Of a stretch of DNA of 32,000 bases, positions 11,068 through 21,414 are shown piece after piece. Position numbers and translations under genes: made by a program. Source of the DNA: Psychrobacter sp. DM4. GTDB lineage: Bacteria > Pseudomonadota > Gammaproteobacteria > Pseudomonadales > Moraxellaceae. Location of the stretch: the NCBI RefSeq assembly GCF_051307035.1, contig NZ_CP195536.1:450001-482000 (forward strand), read 5' to 3'. How positions within the stretch are numbered: position 1 is the stretch's first letter; every line of letters starts with the position of its first letter. The notes beneath the pieces were generated by a model that was not told the DNA's origin, did not search any database, and worked only from the letters and a program-made list of their open reading frames with translations.

Positions 11068-11292
11068 TAAAACCTCTTTTCAAATTTATAAAATAATAAC
11101 TATTTATCACAAATATAAATAAAATGATAAATAAAGTAGTTTATACGTAAAATTAAGATAAATAAAATTATTAAAGAGTATATTTAGAAATAATTTATCA
11201 CTAGGCTCTAATAAAATAGAGATATCAAACAGGTACTGATTAAAACTATAAAGAATAAAACTTGTACCCAAACCAAATTTAAGGAGCCTGAT

Positions 11293-12294
11293 ATGTCTAC
11301 TTCTACACTATCTAATACACTAGTAGCGCGTTTGCCGCTGCCGACAATGTGGACTACAGGCAGCGTACAGCAGCGCACTTTGATGATGGGTGTGGCACTG
11401 GCGGTATTATCGAACCTTTTATTCGGTGTACTTTATGCGTACAGTAGCTTTTTAGCGCCGTTATCAGGTACCCAAGTCTTTATTTGGCGTATGCTTGCGA
11501 TGTGGGGCGCCTTGATCGGCTATCTCGTTATTAGTGGCCGTTTAGGCTTACACATAGATAAACTAAAGACACTTAAAACAGTCAAGCAGTGGGCATGGTT
11601 ACTCTTGCCAACACCAATATTCTTAAGTCAGTTTTGGCTATTTATGTGGGCGCCTGTCAATGGTCAAGGCGTGCAAACGGCAATGGGTTATTTCTTATTT
11701 CCACTCATGATGGTGATATTCGGTTGCGTACTGTTCGGTGAGAAGCTCAGCCGCTTGCAATGGTTTGCCGTCGGCTTTGCAGCACTTGGTGTCGGTAGTG
11801 AAATCATCCGCACTCAAAGCGTGTCTTGGGCGACGTTGTGGGTGTGCGGAACGTATCCTTTGTATTATATTTTGCGCCGCAAACAAAACATTGACGCAAT
11901 CACAGGCTTGCTGGTTGATTTGACAATATTTGTGCCTTTTGCTTTAGCGTATTTGCTATTTTTAGCGCCTAGCAGTTTGGGGTTAGTTGGCGGCTCAAGT
12001 TTCTTTATCATGATGCTAGCAGGACTTGGGGTACTCAGTGTGCTGGCGATGAAAACCAACGTTGATGCCAGTCAAATGCTCCCTGTTAACGTCTATGGCA
12101 TGATGAGCTACATTGAGCCGGCGTTATTGTTTATTCTCGCCATAACGGTATTGGGTAATCCGTTCGAGTCAGCGATGATTTATACTTATGGACTTATCTG
12201 GTTAGGTATTGCATGCCTTATCGTTCATGGTGTCAGACAATTGGGTCGTGCCAAAAAAGAGAGACAAAATGCAAGAGTAGCGCAAACAGCTTAG
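11293..12294 (+). CDS. rarD: EamA/RarD-family permease
   Basis: Ten-TM DMT-type profile. Blocks similar to E. coli RarD as I remember it: GYFLFPLMMVIFGCVLFGEKLSRLQWFAV, YPLYYILRRK, and YIEPALLFILAITVLGNPF...YGLIWLGIA. Confidence 0.8.
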   Translation: MSTSTLSNTLVARLPLPTMWTTGSVQQRTLMMGVALAVLSNLLFGVLYAYSSFLAPLSGTQVFIWRMLAMWGALIGYLVISGRLGLHIDKLKTLKTVKQWAWLLLPTPIFLSQFWLFMWAPVNGQGVQTAMGYFLFPLMMVIFGCVLFGEKLSRLQWFAVGFAALGVGSEIIRTQSVSWATLWVCGTYPLYYILRRKQNIDAITGLLVDLTIFVPFALAYLLFLAPSSLGLVGGSSFFIMMLAGLGVLSVLAMKTNVDASQMLPVNVYGMMSYIEPALLFILAITVLGNPFESAMIYTYGLIWLGIACLIVHGVRQLGRAKKERQNARVAQTA

Positions 12295-12324
12295 GGCGTG
12301 TTTGATAAGGTCGTAAAAATAAAC

Positions 12325-12359
12325 AGGACGATTCAATATCTGCTGAATCGTCCTTTTTT
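12325..12359. terminator. Bidirectional Rho-independent terminator (rarD / smpB)
   Basis: Perfect 11-bp stem AGGACGATTCA (12325-12335) / TGAATCGTCCT (12344-12354), with a T-run downstream and an A-run upstream. It sits between convergent genes. Confidence 0.8.
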
Positions 12360-12382
12360 ATTATAGATTATGACAATTAAGT

Positions 12383-12859
12383 TTAATCTAAATGTTGTTT
12401 GAAGCCGCGCTGCTTGTCGCGTTCCCAGTCGCGATCCTTGAGCGTTTTACGTTTATCATGTTGCTTCTTACCCAAAGCTAAGCCAATTTGGCATTTCACC
12501 AGTGAGTTTTTCCAATAACAAGATAGCGGTACGCAAGCATAGCCCTTTTGATTGACTGCGCCAAATAGTTTTTCAATCTCACGGCGATTGAGCAGTAACT
12601 TACGTGTTCGCGTCGTATCAGGACTGACATGGGTCGAGCTTGAGAGTAGCGGCTGAATATGCGCGCCAAACAGAAACGCTTCATTATTACGAAAGATAAT
12701 ATAAGCCTCCGTAATCGTCATTTTACCGGCGCGAATGGATTTTACCTCCCAACCTTGTAACGCAAGTCCGGCCTCAAATGTCTCTTCTATGAAGTACTCG
12801 TGCCGTGCCTTTTTATTACTGGCGATTTGATTATCAGGTCTTTTTGATTTTTTTGACAT
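12383..12859 (-). CDS. smpB: SsrA-binding protein SmpB
   Basis: [35 protein letters not shown] ... GAHIQPL ... [12 protein letters not shown] are classic SmpB blocks. Start set to ATG 12859, preceded by GGAGAA; the ORF-track start at 12871 is a TTG within that Shine-Dalgarno. Confidence 0.93.
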   Translation of the reverse strand: MSKKSKRPDNQIASNKKARHEYFIEETFEAGLALQGWEVKSIRAGKMTITEAYIIFRNNEAFLFGAHIQPLLSSSTHVSPDTTRTRKLLLNRREIEKLFGAVNQKGYACVPLSCYWKNSLVKCQIGLALGKKQHDKRKTLKDRDWERDKQRGFKQHLD

Positions 12860-13050
12860 AATTTTCTCCAAAGGGCTATAAGTCGCTGTTTTAAGATAGC
12901 TGCCCTAATCTTACTGTTCCTCATCCTAAGCCTTTAATCTAAGTGATTGCTCTAGTAATAGTAGAGGATGAGTCGAACCCGCTATTGTAGCAAAACGAAT
13001 ATAAAAAATGTAACTGAGCGGTTAGGACAAATGTAGCAGATAAGTATTAA

Positions 13051-13647
<597 letters not shown>

Positions 13648-13673
13648 TATTGAAGATTTGTTTGCAAGAGTAG

Positions 13674-13958
<285 letters not shown>

Positions 13959-14021
13959 TCTGACGTCAAATAATCCAAAACTTACGCCCCTTACGCACAA
14001 ACATTTGCTATACTAGCGCGC

Positions 14022-14404
<383 letters not shown>

Positions 14405-14445
14405 TTTTTATTTAGCGTAACAGGCAAAAAATTGTGCTTTAGGGG

Positions 14446-14474
14446 TTGACGACAGTCCCCTCTTTGGGCATAAT
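14446..14474 (+). promoter_or_regulatory. Sigma70-type promoter for the tRNA gene
   Basis: TTGACG (14446-14451), a 17-nt spacer, then CATAAT (14469-14474), ending about 14 nt upstream of the tRNA 5' end. Confidence 0.6.
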
Positions 14475-14488
14475 ACCGAGCCTTAAAT

Positions 14489-14565
14489 GGCGATGTAGCT
14501 CAGCTGGTTAGAGCGCATGACTCATAATCGTGAGGTCAAGAGTTCAAGTCTCTTCATCGCCACCA
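14489..14565 (+). tRNA. tRNA with CAU anticodon: elongator tRNA-Met, or tRNA-Ile2 if lysidine-modified
   Basis: 77-nt cloverleaf folded by hand. Acceptor GGCGATG/CATCGCC, D-arm GCTC/GAGC, anticodon stem CATGA/TCGTG with loop CTCATAA, T-arm AAGAG-TTCAAGT-CTCTT, and encoded CCA. It is not an initiator: 1-72 is paired and the anticodon stem lacks the three G-C pairs. Confidence 0.9.
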
Positions 14566-14594
14566 TTTATAGCTAGTTGTTTAAATCTAGAAAT

Positions 14595-14622
14595 ACCAAT
14601 CCTTTGTGATTGGTTTTTTTTT
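14595..14622 (+). terminator. Rho-independent terminator after the tRNA
   Basis: ACCAATC-ctttgt-GATTGGT followed by a run of nine T. Confidence 0.8.
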
Positions 14623-14731
14623 GCCCAAAATATAGACCTTTTTTATCAGTTTTGATTGACCCGCCTTATTTTGCGACGATGACGTCATACAAAGCCAAAA
14701 GTTAGGCTTGGAGTTCACTAACAAAATCGCC

Positions 14732-14759
14732 TTACTTTGTAGCTAAAAACTGCTAGAAT
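14732..14759 (+). promoter_or_regulatory. Possible extended -10 promoter for lepA
   Basis: TTACTT (14732-14737), a 16-nt spacer, then TGcTAGAAT (14751-14759). This would give a ~175-nt leader. Weak -35. Confidence 0.3.
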
Positions 14760-14942
14760 ACTTGCACCTGTCTATGCGTAGTCAAAACCAGCAGCAATTG
14801 CTGTTTTAACAGTCTTGTAATAATGATAGATATGCAATGTACAACCTGCTATAAATTTGTATGGCTATCATCATTCCTACGCCTGACATCATCACCTTTT
14901 TTATCGTTGTTATTCAATCACCTTTTATTTAGTAGGCGCTTT

Positions 14943-16742
14943 GTGACCTCATTAGCTAATATTCGTAACTTTTCTATCATTGCCCACATTGATCATGGCA
15001 AGTCGACCCTCGCCGATCGTTTTATTCAGATGTGCGGCGCTTTGCAAGATCGTGAAATGCAAGCGCAGGTTCTAGATTCGATGGACATCGAGCGTGAGCG
15101 CGGTATTACTATCAAAGCGCAATCGGTTACGCTATTTTATGATCATCCTAATGGCGAGCGTTACCAGCTTAACTTTATTGATACGCCAGGTCACGTTGAT
15201 TTTTCTTATGAAGTGTCGCGCTCATTGGCCGCTTGCGAAGGGGCTTTATTGGTTGTCGATGCAGCGCAAGGGGTTGAGGCGCAATCAGTGGCCAACTGCT
15301 ATACCGCAGTCGACCAAGGTTTAGAGGTCATGGCAGTACTCAATAAGATTGACTTGCCTCAAGTTGAGCCTGAGCGCGTGATTCAAGAGATCGAAGATAT
15401 CATCGGTATTGACGCGGTTGATGCACCGCGCGTTTCAGCAAAGTCAGGTCTTGGTGTCGATAAATTGCTTGAGGCGCTAGTTGAGTTTATACCAGCGCCA
15501 ACGGGTGACCGTGAAGCGCCACTACAAGCTTTGATAATTGACTCTTGGTTTGATAGCTACTTAGGTGTGGTGTCTTTGGTGCGCGTACGTGAAGGTACGG
15601 TCAAAAAAGGTGATAAAATATATATCTTATCAACCAAAGAGGCGCATCCAGTCAGCTCCATCGGTGTCTTTACACCGAAACCTTTAGATACAGGTATTTT
15701 AGAGGCAGGCGAAGTCGGCTTCATCATCGCTGGTATCAAAGATATTGCAGGTGCGCCCGTTGGTGATACGATTACTCATGCTAAGACACCTGATGTCGAT
15801 CGTATTCCTGGGTTCAAACAAATTACGCCGCAAGTCTATTCTGGTATGTTTCCTGTCGATTCTACTGATTTTGAGAAGTTCCGTGAAGCCCTACAGAAGC
15901 TTCAGATTAATGATGCCTCGCTATTCTTTGAGCCAGACACCTCTGACGCGCTAGGTTTTGGATTTCGCTGCGGGTTTTTGGGTATGCTACACATGGAGAT
16001 CATCCAAGAGCGCTTAGAGCGCGAGTATGATTTGGATCTCATTACTACCGCACCCTCAGTTATTTATGAGATTGAGAAAAAAGACGGCACTATCCTCTAT
16101 GTGGATAATCCCTCAAGATTGCCTGAACCTAACAATATTGAAGAGTTTCGTGAGCCGATAGCGCGTTGTCAGATTCTAGTACCGCAAGAGTATTTGGGTA
16201 ATGTCATGACGCTTTGTATTGAGCGCCGCGGTGTTCAAGTCGACATGCGTTTTATGGGTCGTCAAGTACAGCTTGTCTTCGATATTCCAATGGGCGAGGT
16301 TGTGATGGACTTTTTTGACCGCCTAAAGTCAGTCTCGCGTGGTTTTGCCTCTCTAGATTATAACTTTGAGCGTTATCAAGCGGATAAGTTAGTTAAGGTC
16401 GATGTTCTGATCAATGGCGATAAAGTCGATGCCTTAGCAATGATTGTGCATCAAGACCAAGCACGTTACCGTGGCAATGCGTTAGTCGGCAAAATGAAAG
16501 AGCTGATCCCGCGCCAAATGTTTGATGTCGCTATTCAAGCGGCTATTGGTAGTCAAATCATCGGTCGTAGTACAGTCAAAGCGATGCGCAAAGATGTCTT
16601 AGCGAAGTGCTACGGCGGCGATGTCTCACGAAAGAAAAAACTACTCTCCAAGCAAAAAGCGGGTAAAAAACGCATGAAGCAAGTGGGCAACGTTGAGATA
16701 CCACAAGAAGCCTTTTTAGCAGTATTGCAAGTAGATAGCTAG
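14943..16742 (+). CDS. lepA: Translation elongation factor 4 (LepA)
   Basis: [22 protein letters not shown]1 motif, [13 protein letters not shown], and the LepA-specific C-terminal domain. Start set to in-frame GTG 14943 ([10 protein letters not shown]), giving ~599 aa. The ORF-track start at 14823 adds 40 non-homologous residues. Confidence 0.93.
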   Translation: MTSLANIRNFSIIAHIDHGKSTLADRFIQMCGALQDREMQAQVLDSMDIERERGITIKAQSVTLFYDHPNGERYQLNFIDTPGHVDFSYEVSRSLAACEGALLVVDAAQGVEAQSVANCYTAVDQGLEVMAVLNKIDLPQVEPERVIQEIEDIIGIDAVDAPRVSAKSGLGVDKLLEALVEFIPAPTGDREAPLQALIIDSWFDSYLGVVSLVRVREGTVKKGDKIYILSTKEAHPVSSIGVFTPKPLDTGILEAGEVGFIIAGIKDIAGAPVGDTITHAKTPDVDRIPGFKQITPQVYSGMFPVDSTDFEKFREALQKLQINDASLFFEPDTSDALGFGFRCGFLGMLHMEIIQERLEREYDLDLITTAPSVIYEIEKKDGTILYVDNPSRLPEPNNIEEFREPIARCQILVPQEYLGNVMTLCIERRGVQVDMRFMGRQVQLVFDIPMGEVVMDFFDRLKSVSRGFASLDYNFERYQADKLVKVDVLINGDKVDALAMIVHQDQARYRGNALVGKMKELIPRQMFDVAIQAAIGSQIIGRSTVKAMRKDVLAKCYGGDVSRKKKLLSKQKAGKKRMKQVGNVEIPQEAFLAVLQVDS

Positions 16743-16828
16743 ATTTTAGAGTTGCTGTTAATAGCAGTTGATAACAACTCATAGCGTTTTTGATAGTAGA
16801 TCAATGATAAGTTAATAGGCAACAGCGT

Positions 16829-17731
16829 ATGGATTTTGATTTTAATTTGATTTTGGTGCCGTTGACCTTGATTTTGGGGGCAATTTGGTTGCTCGATAAG
16901 CTGGTACTCAAACAGCGCAAAAAGCTTGGTGTTGGCAAAGAGAATTTGCCCGTACGCTGGGCTTATGATTTTTTTCCTGTGCTAGCAGTGGTGTTAATCG
17001 TCCGCTCGTTCTTACTTGAACCCTTTAATATTCCTTCATCGTCTATGGTGCCTACGCTTTACACGGGTGACTTTATTGCGGTTAATAAATATGCTTATGG
17101 GGTGCGTTTACCGCTTACTTATAGCAAAGTGCTAGATACGGGTAGCCCATCGCGGGGTGATGTCATGGTCTTTCGCTATCCTGAGGATCCTAGCATCTAT
17201 TATATAAAACGCGCTATTGGACTACCCGGTGATACGGTCAGTTATGATGATGGTATTCTTGCTATCAATGATGTGCCTGTTGAGACGACTCCTATTGATT
17301 TTGCCGCTGAGCCTGAACTTACTGCCAGTCTATACCTTGAAGGTCAGCCTATCCAAAACTATCGATTAACTCAACAAGACGCCTTGCAAATGAGTTTAGA
17401 AGAAGAGTCGGACGCTGAGTACTTCGAAGAGATTCAGGGCGATCACAAGCATCTAGTACGTTACTTGCCAGATATGAACAGCTCGCAATATGCCAATTTT
17501 TTACAACAAGAATCGCCAGAGGTAGTCAGCTCAGCAGGTACCCAGTGGCGTATCACTGTTCCTGATGGCCACTATTTTGTTATGGGTGACAATCGCGATC
17601 GTAGCGCCGATGGTCGCTGGTGGGGCTTTGTACCCGATGAAAACTTAGCAGGCAAGGCCGTTTATATTTGGATGCACAAACCACCAGGTCTTAGCATGCC
17701 GTCTTTGACACGTAATGGCTCTATTGATTGA
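16829..17731 (+). CDS. lepB: Signal peptidase I
   Basis: Catalytic Ser box [10 protein letters not shown], Lys box [28 protein letters not shown], and N-terminal TM segments. Located downstream of lepA. Confidence 0.93.
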   Translation: MDFDFNLILVPLTLILGAIWLLDKLVLKQRKKLGVGKENLPVRWAYDFFPVLAVVLIVRSFLLEPFNIPSSSMVPTLYTGDFIAVNKYAYGVRLPLTYSKVLDTGSPSRGDVMVFRYPEDPSIYYIKRAIGLPGDTVSYDDGILAINDVPVETTPIDFAAEPELTASLYLEGQPIQNYRLTQQDALQMSLEEESDAEYFEEIQGDHKHLVRYLPDMNSSQYANFLQQESPEVVSSAGTQWRITVPDGHYFVMGDNRDRSADGRWWGFVPDENLAGKAVYIWMHKPPGLSMPSLTRNGSID

Positions 17732-17908
17732 GTAGTCGTCACTTATGACTATTATAACTATGAAATTGTAAGTACAAAGGCTTGGCTAAAGTATTTATCT
17801 GATAGCTGGTACATTTTTAATGACAGAGTCTATGCTAGTATTGATGTAGATATTACTAATATAAGTACTATTGCTACAAGAATTATAACGGATTAAAGGA
17901 TTATAAAG

Positions 17909-18301
17909 GTGCCTCAATTATCTAGCTTATCTACGCAGCGCGGCTCCGGTGTGACAAGCGTCGTCTTGTTTATTATGGTTCTAGGAATAGCGGTAAAACT
18001 AGCAGTGGCTATTGTGCCCGCACAATTGGACGATCGTCAGCTGACCAAAATCATTGCCACTGAACTCAAACAGGCCAATGATGATGGGGATACTGCTAGA
18101 GAATTAATTGAAAATACCAATAAAAAACTATCTATTAATGCCTATTACGATACCAAAGCCGAAGATATATTCACCTTTACCAACAGCCAAAAGGGTCAAT
18201 TAGCGCTCTATAAAAAGTATGCCACAACCAATAATCTGTTTGGAAATGTCGACATTGTTAATCGTTTTGAGGGTGATATTGAACCCATAGCAGTAGATTA
18301 A
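17909..18301 (+). CDS. DUF4845-like small membrane-anchored protein
   Basis: GTG start. The N-terminus ...QRGSGVTSVVLFIMVLGIAVKLAVAIVP is typical of the small protein found between lepB and rnc in Pseudomonas and Acinetobacter relatives. Confidence 0.65.
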   Translation: MPQLSSLSTQRGSGVTSVVLFIMVLGIAVKLAVAIVPAQLDDRQLTKIIATELKQANDDGDTARELIENTNKKLSINAYYDTKAEDIFTFTNSQKGQLALYKKYATTNNLFGNVDIVNRFEGDIEPIAVD

Positions 18302-18355
18302 AATATGACTCTACCGCAGTACTAACTTGCAAAATAGGATAATCACAAGCCACAA

Positions 18356-19153
18356 ATGAAATCAACTTCACAGCATCAAACGGTGTCCACGACCCAACAT
18401 AGCCATAGCTCTACTGAGACGCCTATTGTAAGTTCAGAGTTTATTCAGCGCTTGGCCGTCCTGACACGTCAATTGGGGTACACCTTTAACGATCTAAGTT
18501 TTCCAAAACTGGCACTAACGCATCGCTCATTCGATAGCAAGAAGAATTATGAGCGTTTGGAGTTCTTAGGGGATGCACTGCTTGGCATGATTGTCGCAGA
18601 GGCGCTATACCACAAGTTTCCTGCACAAAACGAGGGTAGACTCACTCGAATGCGTGCCACTTTAGTCCGTCAAGAGTCTTTGGTCATTATTGCTCAAAAT
18701 TTAGGACTTTCTGATTACCTTATACTTGGTATTGGCGAGCGTAAGGGCGGCGGTCGCAACCGCGCTTCAATATTGGCCGATGCGGTTGAGTCACTGATAG
18801 GTGCCATCTATTTAGATAGTCAGGATCTAGAGGTTACCCGCACTTGCGTGCTGGCATGGTATGGAGATCTGATCGATAACGTCAATGACCAAAAAGTGCT
18901 CAAAGACGCCAAAAGTCGCTTGCAAGAGTGGCTACAATCCAAACAGATTGATCTACCGCATTATGAGTTGGTTGAGACTCGAGGCAACGCACCGTATCAG
19001 ATTTTTGTCGTGCGTTGTCAGGTCAACATTCTTAATTGTCCTGATATCACTGAGTCAGGTGAGAGTCGACGCATAGCTGAGCAAAAGGCTGCAGAGCTTA
19101 TGATTAATCAGCTTCATAAACTGCCAAACTCTGCCAAAAAAGCGCCTAAATAA
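18356..19153 (+). CDS. rnc: Ribonuclease III
   Basis: Signature ERLEFLGDALLG and a C-terminal dsRBD (DAKSRLQEWLQ...PYQIFVVRC...GESRRIAEQKAAE). It has a ~30-aa Ser/Thr/His/Gln-rich N-terminal extension. Confidence 0.92.
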   Translation: MKSTSQHQTVSTTQHSHSSTETPIVSSEFIQRLAVLTRQLGYTFNDLSFPKLALTHRSFDSKKNYERLEFLGDALLGMIVAEALYHKFPAQNEGRLTRMRATLVRQESLVIIAQNLGLSDYLILGIGERKGGGRNRASILADAVESLIGAIYLDSQDLEVTRTCVLAWYGDLIDNVNDQKVLKDAKSRLQEWLQSKQIDLPHYELVETRGNAPYQIFVVRCQVNILNCPDITESGESRRIAEQKAAELMINQLHKLPNSAKKAPK

Positions 19154-19250
19154 CATTCGATAAGATCAGCATATTTAAAATTTTGCACACCAATAATCTT
19201 CTACAAGCAATCGTAATGATTTGCCACTACTCAAAGAACACAATACCCTT

Positions 19251-20396
19251 ATGACAAAAGATACTGATACCAATCAAGAGAGTACTTTAGATACCGCCAA
19301 CCCTACAGACCAAGCAGGCATTGAATCTACTCAAAACAAAGAGCAAAGAGTAATAGGTGAGGCGCTAAGTCAGGTTCAAGTACAGTCTGATATGGATACA
19401 GAAGTAGACACTGTAGATAACAATAACGAAGATACGATCGATGGGTTTTTCTCACCAAACAATCAAGCGCAGATGACTGATAGTTTTAAAGCCGGCTATG
19501 TAGCGATTGTCGGTCGTCCTAATGTTGGCAAATCAACTTTGATGAATCACTTGCTAGGTCAAAAGCTATCGATTACCTCTCGTAAACCGCAAACCACGCG
19601 TCACCGCATTCATGGTATTTTGAGTACCCATGAGATGCAGGCGGTGTTCGTAGATACCCCAGGTATTCATCGTAATGAAGTTCGAGCCATTAATGAGCGT
19701 ATGAATAAAGCGGCTGTGTCCGCGCTCGTCGATGTCGATTTGGTGCTATTTGTAGTCGACTCTGATCAGTGGCGTGACGACGATTTATTGACGCTACAAA
19801 AGCTTGGCGATACCAACTTAACAGTGGTATTAGTCATTAATAAAGCCGATACGCTAAAGGATAAAGGGTCGATTTTGCCGCTCATTGAAACTTTTAGCGA
19901 CAGTTTTGACTTCGCTGATATCGTTCCTGTGTCCGCACTCAAAAACCAAAACCTCGATCGCCTAGAAGAAGTGATTGCTTCACATCTGCCTCAAGCTGCG
20001 CCTATTTACGACACTGAGCAAATAACAGACCGCTCAGAGCGTTTTTTAGCTAGTGAGATCATTCGTGAAAAGATCATGCGTAGCGCGGGTGATGAAGTCC
20101 CTTACGACTTAACGGTACAGATTGATGAGTTCAAAGATGAGCCTGCACATACCGATCCAAAAACGGGTCGACCGCGTAAGGCCGTCACTTTTATTGATGC
20201 CACCATTTATGTTGAGCGTAGCGGACAAAAAGCTATCGTCATTGGTGATAAAGGTCAGCGTATCAAACAGGTGGGTATGGATGCTCGCAAAGATATGGAG
20301 CAGCTATTTGGTAAAAAAATAATGTTAACTCTATGGGTCAAAATCAAACGTGGTTGGTCTGATGATGAACGAGCATTGACCAGCCTAGGGTATTAG
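19251..20396 (+). CDS. era: GTPase Era (with long acidic N-terminal extension; an alternative start at 19473 would give a canonical-length Era)
   Basis: G1 motif GRPNVGKSTLMN, DTPG, NKAD, and a KH domain at the C-terminus. The ORF-track start at 19221 is TTG, and the first ATG is at 19251. The frame stays open for ~85 codons upstream of the E. coli-equivalent Met at 19473. Confidence 0.88.
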   Translation: MTKDTDTNQESTLDTANPTDQAGIESTQNKEQRVIGEALSQVQVQSDMDTEVDTVDNNNEDTIDGFFSPNNQAQMTDSFKAGYVAIVGRPNVGKSTLMNHLLGQKLSITSRKPQTTRHRIHGILSTHEMQAVFVDTPGIHRNEVRAINERMNKAAVSALVDVDLVLFVVDSDQWRDDDLLTLQKLGDTNLTVVLVINKADTLKDKGSILPLIETFSDSFDFADIVPVSALKNQNLDRLEEVIASHLPQAAPIYDTEQITDRSERFLASEIIREKIMRSAGDEVPYDLTVQIDEFKDEPAHTDPKTGRPRKAVTFIDATIYVERSGQKAIVIGDKGQRIKQVGMDARKDMEQLFGKKIMLTLWVKIKRGWSDDERALTSLGY

Positions 20397-20446
20397 ATCA
20401 AGGCTTTACCTTCACCGAATATGCGACATTACTGGGAATAAAGTAG

Positions 20447-21253
20447 ATGCGTAATGAAGCGTTGACAGGCTACTTGTTGCACCAACGCCCTTATCAAGAA
20501 AAGCGTGCGCTCTATTATCTGTTCTCCGAGCAGCATGGTGTCGTTCATGGTATCGGCAAAAAAGGCGCGCCTCTTTTTGTAGCATTGCAACTGTTTGCAA
20601 CGGGTAAGCGTGATCTAAAGACCTTTAGTCAGATCAATATCACTCAAACAAATACTGAGATTGACACTAAGCAATCATTCTTGCCTCAGAACTCAGCATC
20701 AAAAGAAGATGTAGAGTCAAATCAAATCAGGCAGCGTGATGTAAGCGAGTTCTCTTACAAGCAAATAACAGGTCAACAGCAGTACGCTGCACTTTATCTG
20801 AACGAGATACTGTGGCGGTTATTACCTAGCGAAGACCCTATGCCCGTGTTATGGCATCACTATCAAAACAGTTTACAGCAGCTCAAACATTCTCTTACTG
20901 CTGATGAGTTGCGACTTTGCTTACGCCACTTCGAACAGCACTTATTCGCAGAATTAGGGTTTACTCTAAGTTTAGGGCAAGATAACTTACTCGCTGCTAT
21001 CGACCCTGAGATGATGTATCGGTTTTTACCAGATACTGGATTGGTTCCGATTGTACATAATGACTCCTCGACCAACGCTACCGCACAGTCCATTTTTTCA
21101 GGCAAAGATATTTTGCAGATGATTGAGCAGGGTATTACCTTTGAGACGCTCAATGACTGGTCGCGCCTTCATCGGCAGCTCATAGACCACTTACTAGACT
21201 ATCAACCTCTACAAAGCCGATTACTTTGGCAACAACAGCAACGTTATCAGTAG
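20447..21253 (+). CDS. recO: DNA repair protein RecO
   Basis: Position after rnc-era. N-terminal OB-like block GYLLHQRPYQEKRALYYLFSEQHGVV. Length 268 aa with a low-complexity insert. Confidence 0.8.
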   Translation: MRNEALTGYLLHQRPYQEKRALYYLFSEQHGVVHGIGKKGAPLFVALQLFATGKRDLKTFSQINITQTNTEIDTKQSFLPQNSASKEDVESNQIRQRDVSEFSYKQITGQQQYAALYLNEILWRLLPSEDPMPVLWHHYQNSLQQLKHSLTADELRLCLRHFEQHLFAELGFTLSLGQDNLLAAIDPEMMYRFLPDTGLVPIVHNDSSTNATAQSIFSGKDILQMIEQGITFETLNDWSRLHRQLIDHLLDYQPLQSRLLWQQQQRYQ

Positions 21254-21304
21254 TAGGGTTATCAATAACTAGATATTTTATTACTGTCGTTCGCGTATGG
21301 AGCC

Positions 21305-21341
21305 TTTTACATATAGAGCTTCTTTTTACATATAAAGCTTC
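21305..21341. repeat. Tandem direct repeat (2 x 18 nt, 1 mismatch)
   Basis: TTTTACATATAGAGCTTC (21305-21322) and TTTTACATATAAAGCTTC (21324-21341), in the recO / fimT-like convergent spacer. Confidence 0.7.
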
Positions 21342-21414
21342 TTTGAACGTAGATAATAAGAATGGGCTGGTGTGATAGAGATGAAAGGGTAAGACGGTCA
21401 AAGTACTATCTAGA

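Noticed and set aside
12920-12985. An 8-bp inverted repeat (CTCATCCT / AGGATGAG) and a GGGTTCGACTC-like string (minus strand). Examined as a possible tmRNA/tRNA remnant next to smpB.
   Set aside because: No cloverleaf or T-arm pairing can be drawn. The tmRNA hallmarks are absent (5' GGGGCTGA..., the tag reading frame, and a 3' tRNA-like end with CCA). It is probably just promoter-region sequence.
14823-14942. ORF-track 40-codon extension of lepA
   Set aside because: LepA proteins start a few residues before [17 protein letters not shown]. In-frame GTG 14943 gives the canonical ~599 aa, so the upstream part is most likely leader.
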